From the NCBI RefSeq assembly GCF_963921235.1, contig NC_086097.1, positions 197,286,001 to 197,350,000 on the forward strand: a stretch of 64,000 bases of DNA, given 5' to 3'. Every line of letters begins with the position of its first letter. The first letter of the stretch is position 1. Under the pieces are notes generated by a model that searched no databases, was not told the DNA's origin, and saw nothing but the letters and a program-made list of their open reading frames with translations. Shown piece after piece: positions 1-11,964 of the stretch. The stretch is from Mobula hypostoma. Taxonomy: Eukaryota. Made by a program: the position numbers and the translations under genes.

Positions 1-493
1 AGTGCAGAAAAGGTTTACAAGGATGTTGCCAGGACTTGAGAAACTCAGTTGCAGAGAAAGGTTGAATAGGTTAGGACTTCATTCTCTGGAGCGCAGAGGA
101 ATGAGGGGAGATTTGATAGAGGTATATAAATTTTGATGGGTATAGATAGAGTGAGTGCAAGCAGGCTTTTTCCACTGAGGCAAGGTGAGGAAAAAAAACA
201 GAGGACATGGGTTAAGGGTGAGGAGGGGGAAAGTTTAAAGGGAACATTAGTGGGGGCTTCTTCACACCGAGAGTGGTGGGAGTATGGAATGAGCTGCCAG
301 ACGAGGTGGTAAATGCGGGTTCTTTTTTAACATTTAAGAATAAATTGGACAGATACATGGGTGGGAGGTGTATGGAGGGATATGGTCCATGTGCAGGTCA
401 GTGGGACTAGGCAGAAAATGGTTCGGCACAGCCAAGAAGGGCCAAAAGGCCTGTTTCTGTGCTGTAGTTTTTCTATGGTTTCTATGGTTTCTA
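1..493 (+). mobile_element. CR1 LINE 3' end (runs off the window start)
   Basis: C-terminal CR1 ORF2 sequence (VQKRFTRMLPGL...RMRGDLIEVYK), then a 3' UTR and a (TTTCTATGG)n tail. Confidence 0.85.
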
Positions 494-1041
494 AAACTGA
501 GTGACACTTGGCTTCATAATTTCATCTGAATTAAAAGAGGTGCTGAACCATTAGGAAAATTGGTGGTCAACCTGTATTATGATCAGAAATGTCAGTATAA
601 GCCAGTATTAATGAATGTACGTTTGTACTTTTATTAATGCTGCAATTAGAATGGGGCAATATAAATTGGTAAGAATAATATAATATATTGAATAGAATGG
701 AATTGATGTTCTGGTGGCCAGATATGTTTCCAGAATTTGAATAATACTCGAGTTAATTTACATTACCTGGGACTACATTATTAAACTAGCTGTTATTATT
801 AGCGCAAGCAACAAAATATTCAGTTTAAATAATTCTTCCAGGCTCAAATTAATCTTGATTTTTCTCCAACATTTAATTGATTAGTTTGCATTGTGGCGCT
901 TTTATGTTCTAGCTTAAGAATAAACTTGAATCACATCACAGTCCAAAATTAGGCTTTAGTTTGTCATTCTTTGAGCTACTGCTTCTTATGATTATTGTTG
1001 GTGCATACCAGAATTCTTAACTTCACAAATATTTTATTCTT

Positions 1042-1850
1042 AATTCACTTCAGAACCAGGTTTATTATCACTGACATGAAATTTGTAGTAGGAGTACAGT
1101 ACAAGACATTACTATAAATTACAAAAATAAATCGTGCGATAGGCAAATAATAAGATACTGTATGTGGACTGTTCAGAAATCTGATGGTAGAGAGGAAGAA
1201 GCTGGTTGTAAAAATATTGTGTGGGTTTTCAAGCTCCTGTGCCACCATATCAATGATAACAATGAGAAGAGGGCATTCCCAGATGGTGAGGGTCTTTATT
1301 GATGGCTGTTGCTTCCTTGAGGCACCTTCTTTTTAAGACCCTGCTGATGGGGAAGTTTGTGCATGTGATAAAGTTGGCTGAGTCTGCAACCTTCTGAAAC
1401 TTTTGATCCCTGGATGTTGGAGCCTCCATACCAGGCTGTGATGCAACCAGTCAGAATGCTCTCCACCACACCTCTGGAAATTTGCAAGAGTCTTTGATAC
1501 ACCAAATCTCTTCAAACTTTTGACAAAGTAGAGCCACTGGCATTCCTCCTTCATGACTGCATCAATGCGCAGGGCCCAGGATGGATCCCCTGAGATCTAT
1601 CGACACCCAAAAACTTGAAACTGCTCACCCTTTCCATCACTGACTTCTCAATGATGACTCTGTTCTCACAACTTCCCTTTCCTGAAATCCACAATAGGTT
1701 TCTTAGTCTTGCTGACTTTGGGTATGAGGTTTTTCTTGTGACACCACTCAATTAGCTGATCTATCTTGCTCCTGTACACCAGCTGGCTGCCATTTGCGAT
1801 TCAGACAAAGTAGTGGTGTTATTGGCGAATTTTATAGATTGTGTTTGAGC
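1042..1850 (-). mobile_element. Rex1/Babar-type LINE 3' fragment, degraded
   Basis: Minus-strand ORF pieces ERVSSFKFLGV and VVESILTGCITAWYG are typical of the Rex1-type RT C-terminus. Boundaries approximate. Confidence 0.7.
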
Positions 1851-1898
1851 AATGCACAGTGTGTGTAAAATCATGACTTTCAATTCTGAATTAATGTT

Positions 1899-2104
1899 CA
1901 CTGACATGTCTTTGTACAATGATTTGTGTGCAATCATGAATTTTTATATGGCTGTATGTTTACTGCTATCTTTTATGTGCCATAATGTGCTTTGTGCTGT
2001 GTATGACTCTTGGTATTGTGTTTTGCACCTTGACCCCAGAGGAGCGTTATTTTGTTTGACTGTATTCATAGGTTTTCATGTTTTAGTTGAATGATAATTG
2101 AACT
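1899..2104 (+). mobile_element. Short retroposon 3' end with a 25-bp flanking direct repeat, next to the exon A acceptor
   Basis: Flanked by TGACTTTCAATTCTGAATTAATGTT (1874-1898) and TGACTTTTAATTCTGAATTGATGTT (2105-2129). Ends in a TTGAACTTGA tail and resembles the reverse complement of about 9260-9345. Confidence 0.7.
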
Positions 2105-2133
2105 TGACTTTTAATTCTGAATTGATGTTGCAG

Positions 2134-2277
2134 GAGCTCACAAAGGTTGGCCAGCAGTACAAATGCGTTTGCTGCATGAACTTGTTTATGCTTCAAGGCG
2201 AATGGGCAATCCAGCTCTTGCAGTTCGTCACCTGTCTTTTCTTCTTCAAACCATGCTGGATTTCCTTTCAGATCAAG
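2134..2277 (+). CDS. TRAPPC9: TRAPPC9 internal coding exon A (144 nt, phase 1/1)
   Basis: Bounded by ttgcag|GAGCTC and GATCAAG|gtagag. Translates (G)[47 protein letters not shown], which I recognise as vertebrate TRAPPC9/NIBP. Confidence 0.96.
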
Positions 2278-3569
2278 GTAGAGTATGGTAGTAGGTTTTG
2301 TGACTTTTCTGTAATGTTTAATTGTGAACTGGTGTTCCAGGTGAAATAGTATTGGAAAATTTGGTTACAGACACACTACTGTGGCTTTGTTCGTATTTGG
2401 CTGTTTTAATGCATTTGCTTAATTTTGCTCTTGAATTCTGTGAATTAAGGTTTGATGAAAGAGTTTTGAGGTACAATGAATTAAACATAGAAATTTGGTT
2501 TATTTTCTGATTTATGAGAACCTGAATTGCAGACCTTGGAGCTTTAAAATTTTCATACATCATTATGCATTTCACAGTTTAGCTGAGAATTTGTGCATGC
2601 AGATTTGCAGGTATTTGATCATTGCTACCTCATATGTAAATATGCATTAGGGATTTAGTTGCAGTGGGATATTATTCATGTTATCCTTGTGTGAGTAATT
2701 AATTGAGTACTGGAAAATCTTACAAGTATACTGCTTTTCTTGAGTTACAAAACTAAGAAGAAAAATAGCTGTTGAATGATCAGAATTTTTTTGCATTCAT
2801 TTAGAAATTCCTTTTTGGTTAAAAATGAGCCTGTAATTAGACCATTATTAAATATTAATAACTTGGACAAAACTGACTATAATATTGGATGTAGTTAGGT
2901 GATGCCAAGTTAGTTTTGAGGGCCTTCAGATTGTAAGCATCCAGAATGACTGTAGGAGGAGTCAACTCCATACTCTGGAGAGATTATGGAAGAATGAATT
3001 TATGACTGAGTTGGGCTATGGGCCTGACTTTTTAAGCATATTGAAGAATGGAAGAGGAGAAATGTAATATAATATGGTGTATTTGCAGCTTGGAAAGACT
3101 GATGTGAAATAAGATGTTAAGAGATTATGAATGAAAATGTATTTTGTACTAAGCTAAAGGCCGTAGACATGGAATCAATCAAACGAACTTGGTCCCATGG
3201 TGCAATTTTGCCTAAAACCTTGAATTGGATCATGGAGAAGAGCAAGTAATCATTGAAGTTGGCTGATAGAAGCCAGCCAAGAAAGAGTAGCTTTGGAAGG
3301 TGCAAAAGAATTCTGAAATTTAAATATTAAAAAAACTTTGAAGTTTTTTATTTCTTGGATGACATGGAGATGTCCAAAACCGAAGTAAAACTGTTTCTCA
3401 TACATATATGAATTGTATATTATCATCTGGCCATGTCATCAGCAAACAGCAAGGTGGTATTCTCACACTGAAATGCATACAACACTGCTTCAGTATAAAA
3501 GAATCATTATTGCTGCTAGAATAGAAAATGGTGTCATGCATGATAGCAGTTGTAAGCAGTTTTGGAAAA

Positions 3570-4058
3570 GATGTGCTAGCATTGCAGAGGGTCCAGAGGA
3601 GCTTCACAAGAATGATTCCAGTAATAAGAGTTAACATGAGCATTTAATGGCTCTCGGCTGTTCTTGCTAGGGTTTACAAGAATGAGGTGGTAATCTCATT
3701 GAAACGTACCAAATATTGAAAAGCCTAGATAGTGGATGTGGAAAGCATGTTTCCTATAGTGGGTAAATCCAGGACCAGAGGGCACCAGAATTGAGCGATG
3801 TCTGTTTAGAGCAGAGATGAGGAAACATCTCTTTAGCCAGAGGTTGGTGGATCTGTGGAATTATTTGCCACAGGCAGCTTTGCAGGCCAAGTGATTGGGT
3901 ATATTTAAGGTGGAGGTTGATAGGTTCTTGATTAATCAAAGCGTCAAAGGTTATAGGAAAATGGGATTGAGAGGGATAATAAATCAGCCATGATAAAGCA
4001 GTGAAGAAGTCTCTATCGGCCAAAAGGTATAATTCTGCTCCTACGTCTTATGGTCATA
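3570..4058 (+). mobile_element. CR1 LINE 3' fragment, degraded
   Basis: Similar to the 3' ends at 53170-53695 and 54740-55250; ends in a TCTTATGGTC-type tail. Confidence 0.75.
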
Positions 4059-5676
4059 TGACTCAATGCATGTGATTGTGCAGCTGTGGGATAGTGAGAA
4101 TAGAATCCCTTTTGGTTGTAGTACATCTTGCAACTGGCATGCAATGTGTGTTGTCAGTACTAATCAGCTCCTTGAATAAGCTTCCAGTCATCACAATGTA
4201 CCTATTTATTGTACCTTCTTTCTGAAAGGAATAAATGAATTGTAGTCTGCCAAATTCCTCTGGACAGGGGCAGTAACTTCTTCCAATTATGGTTGGAAAA
4301 ACTGAGATACCACAAGTTTGCAAGGAGGGCCAGATTTAAAATTTGGATCACTTTTGAGAGCATTCATAAAGTTTCATTTCAACCATTTCTCATCTGATAC
4401 TTATTCTTTGTTATTCTTCTGTAAAGGTCTGGCTAGAAGAGTATGGAAGTCTTGCTGCAGCTATATTTGGCCTTGGTGAAATCCTGTGGGAAATTTTGTG
4501 TGCAGTTATTCTCTGTATCGATGGAATAACTAAACTGATTTGCTGGGATTGTGGGATTGATTTATAGGTTGAGATGTTCATTAGAGTTTAGAAGAATGAT
4601 TCGGGTTAGGTGTCCCAGATGCTGGTAATGGTCTCACAATATAATTTAAGCCATTGTATTGAGTCATAGAATTGTACAGCGCAGAAGTGGGCCCTGTTGG
4701 CCCTTTTTGCCTACCTACACTCATCCTATTTGCCTGCATTAGGTTTGTATGCCTTTACACTTTGCATGTCAACCACCTGTGTAACTGACACTTAAATATA
4801 GTGATTTCACCACTTTAATAACAGGTGTGAAATGACCCTTTGTTCCATAATGTTGTAGTTTGTTTGCTCATTTCCCTGTAGTCTCTGCTTTTTTTTATAT
4901 ATATAGAGCTTGTGAGAATCTTGTATCTGTTATTCTACCTATTAGACAATTTGAAGATCATTCTCAGGATTTAACTTTTGGTTGGTCATTTCTGCCTTGC
5001 TCATTGTTACTCCCTTTAATTCTTGTTGATGCTGCCTTTAAACCTGGTAGTTTATGCAGAAATTGGCCAGTTTATTGTTCAGTTCCAATTTAACATTTCC
5101 GCTTGGGAATGTTCACTGATGCCTCTACTTTCTGAGAAGGCTAAAAAGAGCAGGATTATACACATCTATACTCGTGCCATTCTACAGATGCGCAGTAGAG
5201 TGCACCCTAACATGCTGCATCACTGCATGGTAAGGAAACTGCACTGTGGCGGGCAGGATGGTTCTACAATGGGTAGTTAAAACTGCCCAACACGTCACCA
5301 GCACCAGCCTACCCGCCATCAAAGGCATGTATGTAGAAGGGTGCTGTACTATTTCAAAAACTTACTTTTTCTTTTCATTTGTTGGCACTGGCAGCCTCTT
5401 TGCAGTCTGTGGTTTTTGCCGTGGACCACAGTACTGTAACTGCATGTTCAAGAATGATTTATTTTGAGTGTATAATACCATAGTTTTTGCAAGCAAGTTT
5501 GCTAGTGGACTGTTTAATGTAATTGACAATGAGGTACTTCTCTTGAGTTTACAGGTGCTTTATAACTCAGTTTATTTCTTGTTCCATGAATAGCCACTAT
5601 CAAAGATTTCATAATTTGTATTTTTGTTAGGTAAATAGTCAAGTGATGAAATTCTATTTGTGGTGTTGTTTTGTAG

Positions 5677-5803
5677 AGAAGAAGGAAGTTTCTCAGAGTT
5701 TAGAGAGCTACACAGCAAAATGCCCTGGTACTATGGAGAATGTAACACTTCCTGATGATGTGAAATTGCCTCCAGTCCCCTTCACTAAGCTTCCTATTGT
5801 CAG
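5677..5803 (+). CDS. TRAPPC9: TRAPPC9 internal coding exon B (127 nt, phase 1/2)
   Basis: Bounded by ttgtag|AGAAG and GTCAG|gtaagc. Translates [43 protein letters not shown], in frame with exon A. Confidence 0.96.
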
Positions 5804-5845
5804 GTAAGCATGGTTTGTAGTGTCAAGATTATAAACATGCTGTAA

Positions 5846-6410
5846 ATCATGAGCGACACACAAGGTGCTGGAGGAACTCTGCAAGTCAGGCGGCATCTTT
5901 GGAGGGGAATAAACTGTCAGTGTTTCAGGACTAGACCTTTCAGAACTAGACAGGCAGGGGGAAGAAGCCAGAATAAGAAGGTGGGGGAGGGAAAGGAATA
6001 CCAGCTGGTTGGTGCTAGGAGAAACCTGGTGAGGCAGAAGAAGGGTGGATGGGGGAAGGAGGTATGAAGAGGCTGGAACTTGATAGGTGGAAGAGGTGAA
6101 GGAATAAAGAAGTCTGATAGGAGGAGACAGTAGACTATTGAAGAGAGGCAAGAAGGGGCACCAGATGGAGGTGAGAGGGGACCAGAATGGGGAATGGAAA
6201 AAGGGAGAAGGGAATGGGGAGAAATTACCATAAGGTAGAGAAATTGATGTTCATGCCATCAGGTTGGAGGCTACCCAAATGGAATACAGGTATTGCTCCT
6301 CCAAAGGGTGGGATTTCCTGGAATCCCCATTTCAAGTCGGTTTCGCATTCCTGTTTTGATGTGTCAGTGCATGGCCACCTCTGTTGCCACAATGAGGCCA
6401 AACTCTAATG
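5846..6410 (-). mobile_element. Penelope-like element 3' end / pseudo-LTR
   Basis: The reverse complement contains the ORF end (LGSLQPDGMNINFS), a pyrimidine-rich tract and the GATGCCGCCTGAC...GAGTTCCTCCAGCA terminus shared with 13776-14024 and 63458-63920. Confidence 0.75.
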
Positions 6411-6834
6411 AGCAATATAACCATATAACAATTACAGCACGGAAACAGGCCAAATAATATGTCATATTCTTAAAAAAAATGCCTCACAGAGGAGAAGTGC
6501 TGCACTCTGAGGTGTCCTGGCAAAGGGAGAGTTTCAGCTGTGACTCAACCCAAGTGTCACAAGTCCTATTGCCCCTTTGTATTCAGTGACCAAAAATAAC
6601 ATTTATTTATTTTCCACTTCATGTTTATATATTCCCTCCTCCCCCACATAAATTCTATAAGAATGAATTTTATTTAACACTTCAAATTTTTGTGCAGTGA
6701 TTTGTGAATTCTGTAAGGGTGAAATTCTGTTTCTGAACTGCTTTAATGCATGGTTTGTCTGTACTTGATATATGCAAACAGAAAACTTAAGCAAGTAGCC
6801 ACTCCACATTGACATCTGCTAAATTGAGAATATT

Positions 6835-7358
6835 TACTCAGTGGCCACTTCTTTAGGTGCAACAATACACCTGATCATTAATGAAGTATATAATTAGCCA
6901 ATCATGTGGCAGCATCCCAATGCATAAAAGCATGCAGATATGGTTCAGTTGTTCAGACCAAACATGAGAATCATCAACTTTGACTGTGGAATGATTGTTG
7001 GTGGCAGATGGAGTGGTTTGAGTATCTCAGAATCTGCTGATCTCCTGGGATTTTCCACACACCACAGAGTCTAGAGTTTACAGAGATTGGTGCAAGAAAC
7101 AAAATAAAATATCCAGTGAGCAGTAGGTCTATTGACAAAAATGCCTTGTAAATGAGAGAGGTCAGAGACATGTCAGACTGGTTTACGCTGACAGGAAGCT
7201 GACAGTAACGCAGATAACCACGTGTTACAACAGTGGTGGGCAGAGGAGCATGTCTGAATGTGACAAATGTTGAATTTTGAAGCAATGGGCTACAGCAGCC
7301 GAAGACCACAATCATACGCAGTGGCCACATTATTAAGTACAGGAGGCCACTCTGTGTA
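6835..7358 (+). mobile_element. Non-autonomous Tc1/mariner derivative
   Basis: Ends TACTCAGTGGCC and GGCCACTCTGTGTA form an imperfect inverted repeat with TA. The interior encodes a decayed Tc1 N-terminal HTH (FDCGMIVGGRWSGLSISESADLLGFS...SRVYRDW). There is no DDE domain. Confidence 0.75.
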
Positions 7359-8034
7359 TAATTGAGCAAACTTTAAAAATAATGCAATTGGCAAACTGTA
7401 GAAGGATACAGATCTATTGATTATTTTAATATTGGGATATTATTTGCCCATCCCTACTTGCCTTTGATAAGGTTATGTTCAGCAGATAATATAATAAAGA
7501 TATTTCCACAATACTGCTGGGTAATAAGTTTCAGGATTTCATAAAAAAGATATATATTTGCAAATCAGGATAATGTGTGACCTGTGAATGAACTCTCAGA
7601 TATTGTTTCCATGCATTTGAGGCTTAATGGGAAAAGACTACAAGGGCCGAGATGGCCTGCTTCTGTGCTGTAATTGTTATATGGTTATTCATCTATATTT
7701 TGGGTTAATTATGTGAGCCATTTTCAAGCAGCAATTAGGCTAGAAACATGAATGTGTCAAATTAAATCACCGACGATACTGAGCTTATCAAAATATTAAA
7801 GGACAACCAAACAGCATGTTTGCCCCTCAAAATTAAGATGAATGATGCTTAACAATTCAGGTAATAAACATGAACTTTTCCATTAAGCTGTTTTCTGAAC
7901 TGTTTGAGGAATGTAAAGCTATCTGGGAACTCTTGTGGTTATCCTTAATTCCTTTTTTTTGGAAGAAATGGTTTCCACAATCTGTTTTTAAAGTAAGCCA
8001 TAAGTTTGTAACTTTTTCTCCTGTTCTAATATAG

Positions 8035-8180
8035 GTCTGTGAAGCTCTTGAATCTTCCACCAAATCTCCGTCCATTGAAAATAAGAAACGCACTTGGTCA
8101 GAATATATCCTCAAAGAGCCCTTTTATTTATTCACCGATTATGGCACACCATCGAGGTGAAGAAAGAAGCAAAAAGATAG
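8035..8180 (+). CDS. TRAPPC9: TRAPPC9 internal coding exon C (146 nt, phase 2/1)
   Basis: Bounded by aatatag|GTCTGTG and AAGATAG|gtaaag. Translates [48 protein letters not shown] (overlaps ORF 8039..8257). Confidence 0.96.
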
Positions 8181-8380
8181 GTAAAGGCATATCAGGTTAT
8201 AACTATTGTGGTGACTTTGATAAACTCAGTTGTTGTAGAGGACCAAACTACACATAGTAGATCTGATGTCGAGTATCTGATTTTTTTGATGAAAAACCAA
8301 GCTCTGACTGCCATTGTAACCACAGAGAAATGAGAAATACAATAACCTTTAATCGAGAGGATTGGGTTATCTTGTCATGG

Positions 8381-8906
8381 CATTTCGTTCGTTAGGTCGC
8401 ATCTGGAATTCCCAGTTGGCGGATGATTTCCCTCCACGCCGCTCTGACATATTGGGAAATCATATACTCGGCAGGTTACAGCAGTGATTTGCCTTTGCCT
8501 TCTGCCGGGTGAGTTTAAAGACTCTTGCAATGGATGACCAGGACGTCCAAGTGCCTTGTCGTGCTCTTAGCGCTCCATAAACGTCTGCTGGCCTGCCTTC
8601 TTGACCGTTGGACCATCAATCGGTCTCCTTCGCTCAATCTGCCAGTGCCAGACTTCACATGCTGGGATAGGCAGATCCCCTACCTCACCGAGGGTCAAAG
8701 ACCCATCGGCTACCCTCACCTGGTTTGGCCCGTCTGCCAAGACGGTTTACCGGGGTGCGGCCGCTGTGTGTGTTACAGCTACTTGGAGCCACAGGTGAGA
8801 GCTGAGCGCCAGGTGGGGACCAAAGGTGGACAAGCTGCCCTGAAAAGGGCACGGCAGACCCCCCCTATCAGAAGTGCTACCCCTCCCTAGACACCCCATA
8901 CACCCC
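8381..8906 (-). mobile_element. Non-coding, probably RTE-clade-derived non-autonomous retroposon (526 bp)
   Basis: Perfect 10-bp TSD CTTGTCATGG (8371-8380, 8907-8916). GC-rich island in an AT-rich intron with an (AACG)n-like 3' tail. Its 3' part, GGCAGAAGGCAAAGGCAAATCACT, resembles the BovB/Bov-A motif GGAGAAGGCAATGGCAACCCACT. Confidence 0.75.
8715..8906 (-). ncRNA. Predicted HDV-like self-cleaving ribozyme at the 5' end of the retroposon
   Basis: Manual fold of the minus strand. P1 GGGGUGU (8906-8900)/GCACCCC (8758-8752). P2 CUCACCUG (8799-8792)/CAGGUGAG (8722-8715). P3 GGC (8790-8788)/GCC (8761-8759). L3 begins UCCAAGU. P1.1 CC pairs with GG (8751-8750). P4 CCGUCU/AGACGG. J4/2 G-C-C-A-A with candidate catalytic C at 8728. 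Segment order matches the HDV double pseudoknot. Confidence 0.7.
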
Positions 8907-9255
8907 CTTGTCATGGCAGTTGACTAAAATTTAAATAAACTTCAGTTTAATAATTGAGGTGCATAAATTGCTAAGTAGTACAAGGACGTTGTCAAATGTC
9001 AAGTTGAAATTTATTTATATTTGGATAGCTACAAAGTCCTATGTAGCAGATTTGGCTGGAACATAAAATTCCTAGTGCTGCATGTGAAACTGGCATGTAG
9101 AAGTAAAAATTGGCTGGATGAGTGAGAGCAAAGAATAATGGTCAAAGTAAGCATGGAAGTTTGGATGCAGTAGGGTTCTACCAGACTCTCCAGTAGTTCC
9201 CTTTTTGTGTACTACATGTTATTAAATTGGACTTGAATGTAGATAACAAAATAAA

Positions 9256-10250
9256 GGATTGTCAAGGTCAAGTTTTTGTTATTCAACCATATGCATGTTA
9301 CTGCCAAACAAAACAATGTTCCTCTCTTCCAAGCTGCACACATGTAACGCACACCCAACACATTAAGTAATATTACCACAAGGAAATGAACAAATAATAA
9401 AATACATTGTAAAAGACTGACATTTAGCATAAGATGCATTGATGACACAAGTTTAAAAAGTAAACGGCAGAGTGCTGTTGGCACTTCATACTTGATGAGG
9501 CCTGGGTAGTGGCAGGGACTTCAGTAGACACATGGCCTAATGGAAGAAGCTGTTTCTCATCCTAGCATCCTTGTATCTCAGTACCTACTGCCTGAACGTA
9601 AGTGGTCCTGGGGAATGTGGGACAGATGGGAGGGATCCTTGACAATGCTAAGGACACCTCACTACAGGAAGGATGTGGATACTGTAGGAGATTTACAAGG
9701 ATGTTGCCTGGATTGGAGGGCGTAATTTAGGAGAATAGGTTGAGTGAGCTTGGCCTTTTCTCCCTGGAGTGTTGGAGAATGAGAGGTGACCTGATAGAGA
9801 TGTATAAGGTAGAGGGGCATTGATCATGTTGATAGCCAGAGGCTTTTTCCCAGGGCTGAAATGGCTAACAAGAGAGGGCATAAGTATGTTTCTCACGCAG
9901 AGAGAGGTGGGTGTGTGGAATGTACTGCTGGCGGCGGTGGTGGTGGAAGCAGATACAATAAGATCTTTTAAGAGCCTCTTAGATAGGTACATGGAGCTTA
10001 GAAAAGTAGAGGGCTGTGTGCTGGGAAATTTCTAGGCAGTTTTTAGTTTAGGTTGCATGGTTGGCACAATATTGTGGGCTAAAGGGCCTATAATGTGCTG
10101 TAGATTTCTGTGTTCTAAGGGCACTATGTACGCAGCACTTCTGATAAGTATCTTGGATAGGTGGAAGAGACACCCTGATGATCCTCTTGGCAGTCCTCAT
10201 AGTCCTTTGGAGGGACTTGTGGTCAGAATTCTGTCTATTGTACCACAATT
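9256..10250. mobile_element. Degraded Rex1-type fragments (-) interrupted by a CR1 3' fragment (+, about 9670-10115)
   Basis: Tail seen as GTCAAGGTCAAG at about 9260; CR1 motifs FTRMLPGL and FLTQREVGVWN; Rex1-like MWY...DHKSLQR in ORF 10048..10248. Confidence 0.6.
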
Positions 10251-11357
10251 GTCCAGGTGGTTGATCTTAAGAAAAATTATACGTTGCAGTAAAGTGGCAA
10301 GGAAGTTGGCTGCTGAATTTAAAGTATGTATCTTTTTTTATATAACTCCATTGCTTTGCCTAGCCTTCTGAATCTTTTGGCACAACTGGAAAAGTTGAGA
10401 AAAAAATGTTCAGTTGCAGAAATGGTGAGATGGAGTTAGAAAGGGAAACATATATTCCAGAGGGTAGTGTTTCCATTAAACATCTATTTGATAGGTTATT
10501 GATGGTGTTCAAGAGGAGGGCAAACAAAGGGATCATTAAAGCATGACTTAAGTTGTCCAGCAAGTTGCATCATTGTAGCTAGAAAAAGACTCAGCTAGCT
10601 TTTACAAATGGATAATGTACAACCAACTGGCTGTAGATTATCCATATGCAATAGTGCAGAAACAGCAAGTTGCTAGAAGATATAGAAATTGATATTGACC
10701 CCAGAAGGCTATAATGTACCTGTATGGAAGGCAAGATTCTGTTTCTCACACTTGTATTGGGCTCTGCACTATACGGGTAAGAGGCCACAGATGGCTGGAT
10801 CAGAGTTTGGATGGAAAATTAAGTTGGTAGGCAAACCAGAAAAATTGTGATTGTCCATGTGTTTGATCTTCGTAATTTATTTGGTTATCTAAATTCTCTT
10901 TTACTTTGGTTTGCAATTATTAATGTATCAAGTGCAGCATGTTGAGTTGGGAGGGATGGGAGGTGATTTGGTATTTTGGAAACGGGGAAGGAGGAGCAGA
11001 GATGTTAGACAACCAATTTTAAAAGCACTTAGTTATAGGCATGAAAACTTGAGCTTTGAGCAGAGTAAAATTTAATATTTTAAACATTAATAAAAATGCA
11101 GGAATGGTTTATTATACTTAATTTCCTTTTTAATTCAACAGTATAGCACTTATTGGCATTCCTACCTGAGCTGCTGCTTTTATTGTTGTAATGTGCCTTC
11201 GATTCCCAGATAAATATTAGTTTTGGATTTGAAGCATCGTAGATAAGTAAATTATTCAATTTTTAGCTTTTACTTTTAAATATTACTGCTTAAGTGTTGA
11301 TTAGTGATTGTGGTAATATTTCTGCATGAACTTTTATCTTGGATTTTATTTGGTTAG

Positions 11358-11555
<198 letters not shown>

Positions 11556-11591
11556 TAATTACTTGTTCTTCAATTTTCTGTTAGGAAAGAA

Positions 11592-11611
11592 GTGTGTGTG
11601 TGTGTGTGTGT
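11592..11611 (+). repeat. (GT)10 microsatellite
   Basis: Read directly; about 85 nt downstream of the exon D donor. Confidence 0.9.
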
Positions 11612-11964
11612 ATTAAATGTGCAGAGGTTAAGTGAAAATTATGTCAGGCTTGATTGTGCAAATTTCTTAGCTAATAGACTGTAGAAAAATTTTGAGGTTT
11701 TCATGTGGTGAATTAATGTGCTTTTGGAATCGCACCCAAAATTTGCCATGGTAGGAAAGTGGAAATATTGAAAAAATTGCCATGTACAATGAATTATCAG
11801 CAAATACAATATCCTTAAAATTGTGCGTAGTTCTAAAATGTTGCTGACTTATCCTTGGTGATATATTCATGTGGATGTTGATGAGGAAAGACAAGGAAAT
11901 AAAATGTAATTTTTATACAGCTTTTTAGTGGAATGCAAAGAGAATTTGAAAATAGCACTTGACG

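Noticed and set aside
8525..8890. 121-aa ORF on + over the GC-rich insert
   Set aside because: It has a non-ATG start, is antisense to the retroposon, has no recognisable domain, and is expected by chance in GC-rich DNA.
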